From Thermoanaerobaculia bacterium (GTDB taxonomy: Bacteria > Acidobacteriota > Thermoanaerobaculia > Gp7-AA8): DNA of 64,000 nt. The translations under genes and the position numbers were made by a program. The DNA is taken from positions 64,135 to 128,134 of the forward strand of contig DASPNA010000152.1 of the NCBI GenBank assembly GCA_035626775.1, read 5' to 3'. How positions within the stretch are numbered: the first letter of the stretch is position 1; each line of letters starts with the position of its first letter. Below are positions 9,417 to 19,283 of the stretch, in pieces. The notes under the pieces were generated by a model. That model was not told the origin of the DNA, made no database searches, and saw only the letters and a program-made list of their open reading frames with translations.

Positions 9417-11569
9417 CGACCATCGAACACTTGCCCATGCATGATCGAGAGTCATCACTTCTGCGCGGCCGTAACGCCGGGAATGGAGAGAACACCGTGA
9501 CCAATCACCGATCCGATGCAAACCGATTGCTTCGTCGTTCCGTCATTGCTGTCGCAATCTCGTTTTGGAGCGTCACCGTACATGCACAGGCAGTGAACAC
9601 GACCACGAAACAGCTCGGCCGCTTGACGTCGTCCGGCAACGGTCTTACGCGAACGTATTTCCAGTACGACCCTCGGGGCCGCACGACGGCCACGCAAATC
9701 GTACAGGACGGACAGAGTCGCGTATTCAGGACACGCTACGGCTACCCGCAGAACCCGGCTGTTGCTGAAGGCCCTGGCACCGTCGCCGTTGCGCAGGTCT
9801 TGCCGGACGGCGACGAGGTCACTTACGCACATGACGCCATGGGGCGGCAGGTGACGATCAAGAGCACGCTCGGCTCCGCTACCGATGAGGTCCTGCGCGA
9901 TTTGCGACTCAACGCCCGCGGGCAGGTAACCAAGGTTGTGTTGGGAAACGGCACGACCACGCAGACCACATACAACGAGGCTGGAGATCTGCGCCTGGCG
10001 AGCACGGTGACGACCAACGCTGCAGGGCAAAAGATCCAGGAGTACCGATATACCTATGACGCGAATGGCAACGTCACCGGCACCAGCGATGGCGTGCGCC
10101 CCGATCAATCGGCGACGTATGGTTACGACGAGCTCGGGCAGCTCACAGTCATCAACAATAGCTCAGGCAATGCCATCGAAAGCTATAGTTATGACAAGAT
10201 CGGGAATCTCACTCAAAAAGGAGCGCTCGCGCAGACGTACGGCGCCGGCGGCCGGCCTCATGCCCTGGCGTCGTCTGGCGGCATCCCGTACAGCTACGAC
10301 GGCAACGGCAATGTTGTCGCCATCGGCACCACGACCACTCTGCAGTGGAACGGCGAGAACATGCCGGTGACGGTGGCGGCGGGCGCGGTAAACATCCAGA
10401 GGTCCTACATCGGTCACGCTTTGTGGAAGAAGGTTGAACAAGGGAAAACCACCTACTACCTGCCGTCGATGCACGTGGAGAACGGTGTCGCCACGAAGTA
10501 CTACGGCACGCTCGCGGAACGAACCGAACAGGCGGGGAACCGCGGACTGCGTTTCTACCACGCGGACCATCTGGGCAGCTCTTCAGTAATGACCGATCAG
10601 TCCGGAAACGTCATTCGGCGCGCATCCTACCTGCCGTGGGGGCAGGACCGGGGCGTGGTCGGTACGTTCGTACCCAAGCTGCAATTCAACTTCAAGGAAA
10701 AAGATGCGGCCGGCTTCTACGACTACGGAGCCCGTCTCTATCACCCGACAACGGGACGCTGGTTGTCGGCAGACCCGCTGTTGCTGGACGGCCCGAACCG
10801 CTATGCCTACGTCCGAAACAATCCGTTGACGTTCACCGATCCGACTGGATTGGCAGTGGACGACTATTTCATCAATAGAGACGGATCGATCTACAGAGTA
10901 CTCACAGATGACACTTTCGACCGCTTTTACGTCGAGACCGAAGACGAAAATTTGAGCGGCGGTTATACGCTCGCCGCACAGATCGAGAGAAATGAGGACG
11001 GTCTCACGCTGTTTCCTGCCACTGGTAATGGATTCGGTCGCCACCAAACATCCGAGCGCGGCGGTGAGTCCAAGATCACGCTAAAAAACGGCCGAGTAGT
11101 CGTAGAGACGGTCGGGTCTGGTGACCACTATCTGAAGCCGGCCACTGCTGCCGCTCTGTTTGGGGTCATTCACTTCTTGAACGCGAACTATCTCTCCTTC
11201 GGTGACATGTCATCGTCGAACGGAAGCGATCCATGGCAAACGGGGATGGATCATCATGGTGGTCACGGACACTTCGGCAAGCGGAGCGGCCTCGATATCG
11301 ACTACCGGTACCTTGACGCAGACGGCAACGCCCGGCAGGGCGTAATGACCGATTCGTGGTTCCATAGAGGCAACAATCAGGCGCTTTACGATAAGGCGGC
11401 TCTATTCGGATTCAACAACAATTACTCTGGGTTTTCCGTCGACCCCTTCGGAAACGCCAGGCAGCTGGGTGGCCACGATAATCATGGCCATCTCGGACAC
11501 AGCGGTGACGTGACGCGAACGATGACCCGGGAGCAAGGAAGAGGTTTCTACCCCTTCATCGTACGGTGA
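9413..11569 (+). CDS. RHS-repeat protein with RHS core and a divergent ~240-aa C-terminal domain (putative polymorphic-toxin-type effector)
   Basis: ATG 9413 overlaps the upstream stop (ATGA). Signal-like RRSVIAVAISFWSVTVHAQA. YD repeats: YTYDANGNVTG, YGYDELGQLT, YSYDKIGNLT, YSYDGNGNVV. RHS core: FYHADHLGSSSVMTDQSGNVIRRASYLPWGQ ... YDYGARLYHPTTGRWLSADPL ... DPTGL. The C-terminal tail carries HHGGHGHFGKRSGLDIDYRY and GGHDNHGHLGH. Confidence 0.85.
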   Translation: MTTIEHLPMHDRESSLLRGRNAGNGENTVTNHRSDANRLLRRSVIAVAISFWSVTVHAQAVNTTTKQLGRLTSSGNGLTRTYFQYDPRGRTTATQIVQDGQSRVFRTRYGYPQNPAVAEGPGTVAVAQVLPDGDEVTYAHDAMGRQVTIKSTLGSATDEVLRDLRLNARGQVTKVVLGNGTTTQTTYNEAGDLRLASTVTTNAAGQKIQEYRYTYDANGNVTGTSDGVRPDQSATYGYDELGQLTVINNSSGNAIESYSYDKIGNLTQKGALAQTYGAGGRPHALASSGGIPYSYDGNGNVVAIGTTTTLQWNGENMPVTVAAGAVNIQRSYIGHALWKKVEQGKTTYYLPSMHVENGVATKYYGTLAERTEQAGNRGLRFYHADHLGSSSVMTDQSGNVIRRASYLPWGQDRGVVGTFVPKLQFNFKEKDAAGFYDYGARLYHPTTGRWLSADPLLLDGPNRYAYVRNNPLTFTDPTGLAVDDYFINRDGSIYRVLTDDTFDRFYVETEDENLSGGYTLAAQIERNEDGLTLFPATGNGFGRHQTSERGGESKITLKNGRVVVETVGSGDHYLKPATAAALFGVIHFLNANYLSFGDMSSSNGSDPWQTGMDHHGGHGHFGKRSGLDIDYRYLDADGNARQGVMTDSWFHRGNNQALYDKAALFGFNNNYSGFSVDPFGNARQLGGHDNHGHLGHSGDVTRTMTREQGRGFYPFIVR

Positions 11570-11741
11570 TCAGGTTGAACGGCCCCGTCGAACAGGTCTC
11601 ACGCTCTCAACGTCCGCTGGTTCCGGCCAGCGGACGTTGTTCTCTCTGTACCTCACACCTCGAACAGCGATTCCGCTCGCACCGTCAAAACGCCACGCGC
11701 TTCGACGACTGAAAGAGGGAGCCGTTCGTCCCTGGATCACC

Positions 11742-12213
11742 ATGACCAGCAAGAAAACAACCGCGGGCTTCACCGTCGCCGAGCTGATCACCGTGGTGAC
11801 CATCATCGGCATCCTTGCGGCGCTCGCTCTGCCCGTGGCGAGAGTCGGAGTTCGGCGCCAGAAGGAAATCGAGCTCAGGGCGGCGCTGCGAAAAATTACG
11901 GACGCCATCGACCAGCATTACGACCTGCGGACGATGGGAATGATCAAGAATCCTCCGCACATCGGTCAGGAGAGTTACCCGCGATCGCTCGATGAGCTCG
12001 TCGAAGGCGTGGAGCTCATGCCCGCAGGAACGCGCGTCCGCTTTCTTCGTCAGCGCGACCTGATCGATCCGATGACCGGGCGGGCGGAGTGGCGCACTGT
12101 GTCCGAGAGCGACAGCCCGGACACGTTGACGAGCGACGGCAACACGTTTTCGAAGTGCACTCCACGTCGACGGCGCTGTCGCTCGACGGCAAGACGCGCT
12201 ATAGCGAGTGGTG
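11742..12213 (+). CDS. Prepilin-type N-terminal cleavage/methylation domain protein (type IV pilin / T2SS pseudopilin-like); C-terminus probably frameshifted
   Basis: MTSKKTTAGFTVAELITVVTIIGILAALALPV is a class III signal (G|F, E+5). The +1 frame near 12140 ends ...DVFEVHSTSTALSLDGKTRYSEW*. The listed ORF instead runs into the convergent regulator gene. Confidence 0.55.
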
Positions 12214-12214
12214 A

Positions 12215-12859
12215 TCAGTCCGGTCGAATGAGGCCGCGTTGGATCGCCTGCGTCGCGGCCTCGGTCCGATCCTGCACCCCGAGCTTCATCAGAATCTTCT
12301 TCACGTGACCTTTCACGGTCTGTTCGCCGATCCCCAGAATTCCGGCAATGACCTTGTTTCGCGTTCCCGGAATCAGCAATCGCAGAACGTCGCGTTCCCT
12401 CTCCGTGAGCAGCGAGGAGCTCCGCGTGTAGTTGACGAGTGCGGCCGATGCCTCCGCTGAAAGGTACCGGCGTCCGGCGTGAACCGCGCGGACCGCGCTG
12501 ATGATCTCCGACGGGTCGGCGTGCTTGAAGACGTACCCTCTCGCTCCCGCGGAAATGGAGTTGTGTACGTCTTCTTCGCTCCCGTAGCTGGTGAGCATGA
12601 CGCAGCGACAGCAGCAAGATGCCTCCGCCAGGGCGTGAACGACATCGACGCCCGAGTAGGAGCGCAGCCGGAGATCGACCACCGCCACGTCGGGACTCTT
12701 CTCGCGGCAGATCGCGACCGCACCCTCCAGATCCTCGGCTTCGCCAATGACCTCGATGTCGCGATGGTTTGCGAAATACGAACGAAGTCCGTGCCGGACG
12801 ATGAAATGATCGTCGACCAGGAGGAGACGGATTCGCTTCGTTTGCTGCATCACGCTCAC
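12215..12859 (-). CDS. NarL/FixJ-family response regulator (receiver + LuxR-type HTH)
   Basis: RIRLLLVDDHFIVRHGL...VAVVDLRL receiver. C-terminal LTERERDVLRLLIPGTRNKVIAGILGIGEQTVKGHVKKILMKLGV HTH. Start overlaps the HK stop (ATGA). Confidence 0.9.
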   Translation of the reverse strand: MSVMQQTKRIRLLLVDDHFIVRHGLRSYFANHRDIEVIGEAEDLEGAVAICREKSPDVAVVDLRLRSYSGVDVVHALAEASCCCRCVMLTSYGSEEDVHNSISAGARGYVFKHADPSEIISAVRAVHAGRRYLSAEASAALVNYTRSSSLLTERERDVLRLLIPGTRNKVIAGILGIGEQTVKGHVKKILMKLGVQDRTEAATQAIQRGLIRPD

Positions 12860-15790
12860 GCACGCACCTCCACGATGATCTCGAAGCCGCTGCGGCGGCT
12901 GTTCGCGGTCAGCTTCGCCCCGATGCGCTCCGCGCGCTCGCGCATGCCGCGCAACCCGTAACTCGACGAGCCCACTTGCTCCACGTTGAACTCGCCCGAT
13001 CCCTTTCCGTCGTCGCGAACCATCAGGCTCACCTTCTTCGGCTGAAAATCGATCCTCAACAGCACGTTCCGCGCGTTCGAGTGGCGCAGCGCATTCGTGA
13101 TCGCTTCCTGGCCGATCCGAAGAAGGTGATGCTCGATGACGGGATCGCTCAGGCGGCGCCGTTTGCCCACCACCTCGACCTCGCCGCGAATGTGCAAACC
13201 CTGAGTCATCGTATGCAGGACGTCGGTCAACGCCTGGGCCAGATCATCGGCTTCCAGTCGTTCGGAACGGACGTTTTGCAACCCGTTTCGCACCTCGGCC
13301 AGCGTCGTCATCAGCAATCCCTTGACGTTCTGCAGATGCTCGCTCGTTGCCTCACGATCGTCGGCGGCGTCCAAGGCACTCTGGACGTGCAGCATCGCGC
13401 CGGTCAATCCCTGCGCCAGGGTGTCGTGCATCTCGAGCGAGATCCGTTTGCGCTCGTCCTGAACGGCCTCGAGCCGCATGCGCACCTGGTGCAAACGCCT
13501 GTGATGGGCGAACCAGGCCAGGGATAGTAGAAGGGCCGCAGCCACGGCTCGGAACCAGTGCGTCTGATAGATGGCTGGCAGCCGCCGCACGTCCACCACC
13601 GAAGCAGCCAGCCAACGGCGCTCGTGCCCATCCGCCGCTTCGACGCGGAATTTGTAGTGGCCTGGCGGAAGACTGGTGTACTCGGCCACGCGGGATTCGC
13701 CCGCGTTGATCCATCCGTGGTCGTAGCCGTCGAGGCGGTAACGGAAGCGAACATGTTTGGCGACGACCGTTGTGGGGGCCGTATAGCGGAACTCGATGCG
13801 GTCACGATCGGTCTTCATCACGACCGGACCCTCGAGCGCTACGGTCGTGGCGTTGACGCGCACCCGCTCGACGAGCGGCGGTGTGCGCAATACCGGAGCT
13901 TGCCGGCGCGGGTCGAGAACGGCCAGGCCTCGCGCGGTGGACAGCCAGATGCGGCCGTCCGAGGCGTACCAACCCGAGGGAGACACGCCGAAAGAGCACT
14001 CCACGGAGGGCATGCCGTCGCTCACGCCATACACGACAGGATGCACTGTGGAAGTCCCTTGCCGAAAAACGGTGTCGAGCTCCTCGCGCGCTACGCGGGC
14101 GACACCCTTCGCAGTGGCGATCCAGAAAAAGCCGCGGTCGTCTTCGAAGAGTTGACTGACGGCGCCGTCAGGCATTCCTTGCTCAGCGGTGTAGCGAAAT
14201 GTGCCGGTGCCGTCGAACCGGTGCACGCCGGTTCGCGTGCCGAACCAGATCTCGCCGCGGCGATCCTGCGAGATCGTGATCGTGACGGCCCGCGGAAGTT
14301 GTCGTCCATCGCTGCGATCCGTAAAGCGCTCACCGTCGAACACGCGCGGTCCGCCACCGGAGTGGGGAGCGACCCAAAGGCGACCCTGCCGATCCTCGAA
14401 CATGTTGCTCATGAATTTCGACGGCAACCCATCCTCGAGACCGTACACACGCAGCCGGCCGTCCTTCAGATGAACCAGACCTTCCAGGGTACTGATCCAC
14501 AACGAACCGTCGCGTGCGCGAAGAAGACCCATGATGCAGTCGCTCGGCAGACCGTCGGCCTGGGTATAGACACGGACCGGCTTCCCGCCTTCGAGTCGAT
14601 AGAGTCCGCCGCCGTAAGTACCAATCCACGCCCGCTCCGCCGTTTCGGGTGCGACAGAAGTGACGAAGGCGTCGCGCAAAGGCGTGGACGCCGCGACATG
14701 CGTCCACGTTCCTTGGTAGAAGCGGTTTACGCCTCCCCGTTCCGTGCCCGCCCAGATCGATCCGTCATCGCCTTCGGCGACGGTCCAGGTGACATCGGAC
14801 GACAAGCCTTCGCGCCGGGCGTACGACTGGAAGGATCCTTCGAGCAGTTGGTTGACGCCGGCCAGGTGCGTTCCAGCCCACAGTGTGCCCTCGGCGTCTT
14901 CGAAAATCGATTCGACGAAGTCGTGAGAGAGCCCATCCTTCGCGCCGATTCGCGACAACCGGCCATTGGTCCAACGCCACAATCCGTTCCTGGTCCCGAC
15001 CCAGAGCGTGCCGTGCCGGTCGATGAACAGGCGCCACGTCTCTTCGTTGATCAGCTGTTCGATCGGACGTTCGACACGTGAACCCGAATAACGCCGAGGC
15101 CCCCACGAGCCTGCGAACCAGATCTCTCCCCCGGACGTGCTCACGACAGTGTAGATCTTGCCTTCGACTCCCTCGATTTTCGTGGTTGTGCTGCCTGCGC
15201 GCCGATAGAGCCCATCCCGCGCGCCGATCCAGAGAGTTCCCCGGTGCATCGCCAACGCATAGATGGCGCCAGGCGCGCCCGTCTGGTGCACGACACGGCC
15301 TTGCGCGTATCGAAACAGTCCTGCTGTTCCTGAACCGAACCAGATGTCGCTGCCTTCGCCGCCGACGATCGCGAAGACGGTCAACTCCGAGCGTTCATGG
15401 ATCAGCGCAAATCGATCGTCCCGATAGGAAAGGAGGCCACCATTCGTTCCGATCCACAAGGTATTCGCGCGATCGCGATACAGACTCAGGACGTTGTTTC
15501 CTCGGAACGCAGCGACGTTGCTGGAGTTGAAGACCTCGAAGCGGACACCGTCGAAGCGGACCAGTCCTTCCTGCGTGCCGAGCCAGAGGTATCCGTCGCG
15601 CGTCTGCGCGATCGCCTGCACCGCATCCTGGGGAAGACCGTCTTCGACGTCCCATGAACGCTGGACGTACTGTGTCAACGGAACCGCGGGATCCAGTGCA
15701 TGCGCTTCGACGCACAGGATGAGGCTCAACGAGAAGACCGCCCATCCCAACCGGTGCAACGGCGACACGTCCGGCTCTCCTCCCGGCATG
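12856..15790 (-). CDS. Sensor histidine kinase with large periplasmic beta-propeller (two-component-regulator propeller / Y_Y_Y type) sensor, TM, HisKA_3 and HATPase_c
   Basis: Preferred start is MPGGEPDVSPLHRLGWAVFSLSLILCVEAHA (signal/TM). Repeated propeller blades: LWIGT..GL, IWFGT..G, LWVGT..GL. H-box RKRISLEMHDTLAQGL. ATPase region NALRHSNARNVLLRI...DDGKGS...GLRGMRERAERIGAKL. Confidence 0.85.
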
Positions 15791-16285
15791 GTTGAATCAA
15801 TTGGCGCGAGCGGCCCGAGAATAGGCCGTGCGAAGCGTGCAGGGGCCTCGAAAGAGGGGGCCTGCGAGACTCGTTTCGAGCTGTTCAACGAATCGTCATC
15901 CATCCGTGACCGGCCGGGGCGCCTTCGCCGCGGAACGCCTTCATACGCCGGAACAAACTCCGGGGAACAGCAGACCGACCCACGCATCGTAGCTCCAGCC
16001 TGCGTCCCTGGATGAAAGGGTTCATCAACAACACCATGCGCACAATGTCGACGGGCGCCCCGCCGAGCGGCATGAAGACGAAATACGCGGCGCGCGCGAG
16101 GCACAACGCGATCGACGGCAGCGCCGGTCCCACGCGGCGGTGAGCACGAGCGCCACGGTCATTCCGCGACGACGCCGCTCGCGAGCGCGGTCTTCATGGC
16201 CGCCGGCCCCTCACCCGGACGTTGGCCACCCTCTCCCCGCAAGCGGGGCGAGGGCTACCAAAGCGTGAGCGTCCCCATCGTGGCC

Positions 16286-17998
16286 CTACAACTTCTTGTA
16301 GTCCGGGCCGCCGCCGCCCTCCGGCGGCACCCACGTGATCACCTGGTACGGGTCCATGATGTCGCACGTCTTGCAGTGGAAGCAGTTCGTGAAATTGAGG
16401 AATGGCACCCGTCCTCTTCCATCCGCGGTCGGCTGCGGCTCGTACACCTGCGCGGGACAGAAGTGGAAGCACGGATTCCCATACTCCTCGGTGCACCGCG
16501 TGATGCAAACCTCGGTGTCCTTGATCAGCAGATGCGCCGGCTGGTTCTCTTCATGGATCACGCCACCGTTGTAGACGTTGGTGACCTTGTCGAAGGTGTA
16601 GGTGCCGTCGTACTTCACCTTCGCCGGCGGATGCGGATCGTCGGAGCCGAAGTAACGCTTGATGCGCTCCATCCGCGCGTGGCCGGCCTCACCTTCGAGG
16701 CGGTCCGCCACGCCGAAGCCGCGGCCGCGTGTGACGATGCCGAGACCGGCGTTGATCATGCCGGCGAGCTGTCCGTTGTGAAAGCCCTGGTGGAAGTTGC
16801 GCTGCTGCCACAGCTCTTCCTTCGCCCATGACACCTCGAACACTTCGTCGTACTGCTTGAGTTGTTCGGACGAATAGTCCTCGTTCAGAAGTGCGGCGAA
16901 CGCGGTCTCGGCGGCGAGGATGCCGGACTTGAACGCGAGGTGGATGCCCTTGAGCCGCGCGCCGTTCAGGAAGCCGCCCGAGTCGCCGAGGATCATGAAC
17001 CCGTCGCCGTAGAGGCGCGGCATCGCGTAGTAACCGCCTTCGGGAATCGCCTTCGCGCCGGCCGCGATCATCTTGCCGCCGCGCAGAATCTCCTGCACAG
17101 CCGGATGGAGCTTGAGGCGCTGCAGCTCGTTGTGCGGATCGAGCGTCGGATTCTTGTAATCGAGCCCTACCACGAGTCCGATGTCGACGATGCGATCCTT
17201 CATGCCGTAGATGAAGGCGCCGCCGAACGTGTCCATGTCCAGCGGGAAGCCGAGTGTGTGAATGACGTTGCCCGCGGGATAGCGATCGTCGGGCAGTTGC
17301 CAGAGCTCTTTCACGCCGACCGAATACACCTGCGGGTTCTTGCCCGCGCCCAGGTCGAAGATCTCGGTGAGCTGCTTCACGCACGTGCCGCGCGGACCTT
17401 CGGCGAAGATCGTGACCTTCGCGCGGATGTCGACGCCCGGCTCGTAGTTCGGCTTCGGCTTGCCGAACTTGTCGATGCCTTTGTCGCCGGTGCGGACGCC
17501 GACGACGCGGCCGTCCTCGACGAGCACGCGCGACGCGGCGAACTCGGCGAACAGATCGACGCCCATCTCGCCGACGATCGGGCCGAGCCAGCGACAGAGC
17601 TCGCCGAGGGAGATGACGTAGTTGCCGTGGTTCTTGAGAGGCGGCGGCATGGCCATGCCCGAGAGGCGCACCGCGCGCAGCGTTTCGGTGAGATACCAGA
17701 ACTCATCGCCGTGCACGGGCGATTCGATCGGGCAGCCGCGGTCCAGCCAGTCGGGCATCAGCTCGGAAATGCCGCGCGGATCCATGACCGCGCCGGAGAT
17801 GCCGTGCGCGCCGATCTCTTTGCCCTTCTCGAGCACCGCGATGGAGATGCCTTCGAGCTTTTTCTCGGTGTCGGATTCGTTATGAACGCGGATCAGCTCC
17901 GCGAGCTTGTACGCGGCGGCGAGTCCGGCGGGACCCGCGCCCACGATGACGACGTCGACCTCGAGGGTCTCGCGATCGACTCCGGGAAGTTCAGCCAT
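16286..17998 (-). CDS. Electron-transfer flavoprotein:ubiquinone oxidoreductase (ETF-QO)
   Basis: FAD-binding VDVVIVGAGPAGLAAAYKLAE. C-terminal 4Fe-4S region CITRCTEEYGNPCFHFCPAQVYEP ... CFHCKTCDIMDPYQ. Start chosen at MAELPGV (ATG 17998). Confidence 0.85.
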   Translation of the reverse strand: MAELPGVDRETLEVDVVIVGAGPAGLAAAYKLAELIRVHNESDTEKKLEGISIAVLEKGKEIGAHGISGAVMDPRGISELMPDWLDRGCPIESPVHGDEFWYLTETLRAVRLSGMAMPPPLKNHGNYVISLGELCRWLGPIVGEMGVDLFAEFAASRVLVEDGRVVGVRTGDKGIDKFGKPKPNYEPGVDIRAKVTIFAEGPRGTCVKQLTEIFDLGAGKNPQVYSVGVKELWQLPDDRYPAGNVIHTLGFPLDMDTFGGAFIYGMKDRIVDIGLVVGLDYKNPTLDPHNELQRLKLHPAVQEILRGGKMIAAGAKAIPEGGYYAMPRLYGDGFMILGDSGGFLNGARLKGIHLAFKSGILAAETAFAALLNEDYSSEQLKQYDEVFEVSWAKEELWQQRNFHQGFHNGQLAGMINAGLGIVTRGRGFGVADRLEGEAGHARMERIKRYFGSDDPHPPAKVKYDGTYTFDKVTNVYNGGVIHEENQPAHLLIKDTEVCITRCTEEYGNPCFHFCPAQVYEPQPTADGRGRVPFLNFTNCFHCKTCDIMDPYQVITWVPPEGGGGPDYKKL

Positions 17999-18030
17999 GC
18001 GGTTGTGCTCCTCTTTGGGCGCGCATTGTA

Positions 18031-18190
18031 GTGGAGCGCCGGCGCGTTTACGGAGTGCGGCGACGCCAGTCGCCGCTTTCCAACGCCGCAGCGGAAGCTG
18101 CGGCTGGCCCGCGGAGGCTGGCGCCTCCGCATAGAAAGCGGCAGCTGGCGCTGCCGCACTCCACACGGCGCGGGACGCCGGCGCTCCGCC
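18031..18190. repeat. Family C GC-rich nested palindromic element (C1) in the divergent ETF-QO / wecA-like intergenic region
   Basis: Outer arms GTGGAGCGCCGGCGC / GCGCCGGCGCTCC. Inner arms GGAGTGCGGCGACGCCAGTCGCCGC / GCGGCAGCTGGCGCTGCCGCACTCC. Related to copies at 22351, 26067 and 29162. Confidence 0.6.
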
Positions 18191-18212
18191 TGCTATCCTT
18201 CCACCCGGTCCG

Positions 18213-19283
18213 ATGGCTGAGCTTTACCTTCCGCTGGTCCTGCTGTTCGTGTGCAGCGCACTCACCTCGTACGTGGCCACGGCCATCGTGAGGCGGGGCG
18301 CGACGCGCGTCGGGCTGGTCGACGAGCCGGGCGATCGGAAGCTGCACACGGTCGCGACACCGCGCCTCGGCGGGCTGGCAATCATCTTCGGCTTCGGCTT
18401 TCCGTTGCTACTGCTCGCCGCAAACTCGCGCGCGGCGGAGCTGGTGACGAAGAACCTCACGTATCTCTTCGCCGTCCTGGCCAGCGGCTCGATCATCGTC
18501 GGCCTTGGCGTCTACGACGATCTGATCGGCACGAACGCGCCGCAGAAATTCGCGGCGCAGTTCGCGGCGGCGTTCATCCTGGTCGCGTTCGGATTCCACT
18601 TCGACTTCATCTCCCTCGCCGGCACCATCTTCGACCTCGGCATCCTCGGTGCCATCGCGTCCGTGCTGTGGATCGTCGGCGTGATGAACGCGATGAACTT
18701 CATCGACGGCATGGACTCGCTCGCGACCGTCGTGGCGATGACGATCGCGGCCTCGTTCAGCGTCATCGCCGTGTTCCGCAACGACCTCTTTTCGCTCGTG
18801 ATCATGACTGCACTCACCGGCAGCCTGATCGGCTTCTATCCGTGGAACAAGCCGCCGGCGAAGATCTTCATGGGCGACACCGGCGCGCTCTTCATCGGCC
18901 TGCTGCTCGCCGCGGGATCGATCGCGCGGCCGAGCAAATCGCCGACGGCGCTGATCATCGGCGGGCCGATGCTCGCGCTGGCGCTGCCGGTGATCGACAC
19001 GCTGATCGTGATGAAACAGCGCTTCGGCGGCAAGAGCGTGCCGATCGGCGCGCGTCTGTCTCGCGTCTTTACCGCCGATCGCAAACACATCCACCACATC
19101 CTCGTCGCCCGCTACGGCGGTCCGGGCAAGGCGATTCTCGCGATCTGGCTGGTGACGCTGCTCTTCGCGGCGGCCGCGGTGATGACGGCGATCGATGGCT
19201 GGAAACGCGCCGGCTACGCCGCCGGTGCGGTGGCGCTGCTTGCGCTGTTCGTGTTGCGTTATTTCCCACGGCGGAACGCGTGA
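18213..19283 (+). CDS. WecA/MraY-family polyprenyl-phosphate N-acetylhexosamine-1-phosphate transferase (initiating transferase for polysaccharide synthesis)
   Basis: Multi-TM protein with the family motif VMNAMNFIDGMDSLA and DDLIG. 356 aa. Confidence 0.85.
   Translation: MAELYLPLVLLFVCSALTSYVATAIVRRGATRVGLVDEPGDRKLHTVATPRLGGLAIIFGFGFPLLLLAANSRAAELVTKNLTYLFAVLASGSIIVGLGVYDDLIGTNAPQKFAAQFAAAFILVAFGFHFDFISLAGTIFDLGILGAIASVLWIVGVMNAMNFIDGMDSLATVVAMTIAASFSVIAVFRNDLFSLVIMTALTGSLIGFYPWNKPPAKIFMGDTGALFIGLLLAAGSIARPSKSPTALIIGGPMLALALPVIDTLIVMKQRFGGKSVPIGARLSRVFTADRKHIHHILVARYGGPGKAILAIWLVTLLFAAAAVMTAIDGWKRAGYAAGAVALLALFVLRYFPRRNA

Noticed and set aside
13558-15081. 507-aa plus-strand ORF opposite the sensor kinase, and many similar long ORFs (e.g. 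417-1583, 1259-2272, 5727-6989, 8373-9395, 11685-12863, 16862-18031, 18408-19442, 22872-23852, 23960-25411, 25203-26807, 31510-33540, 36607-38517, 57695-59386, 57838-59460, 60902-62035)
   Set aside because: These are Arg/Ala/Gly-rich translations typical of antisense or off-frame reading of high-GC coding DNA. Each overlaps a gene with clear family motifs on the other strand or frame.
15791-16104. Longer N-terminal extension of the sensor kinase (start at 16104)
   Set aside because: The first 105 aa are Arg-rich and non-hydrophobic. The signal/TM sequence begins at MPGGEPDVSPLHRLGWAVFSLSLILCV (start 15790). A palindrome, CCCCGCAAGCGGGG at about 16235-16260, looks like the ETF-QO terminator.
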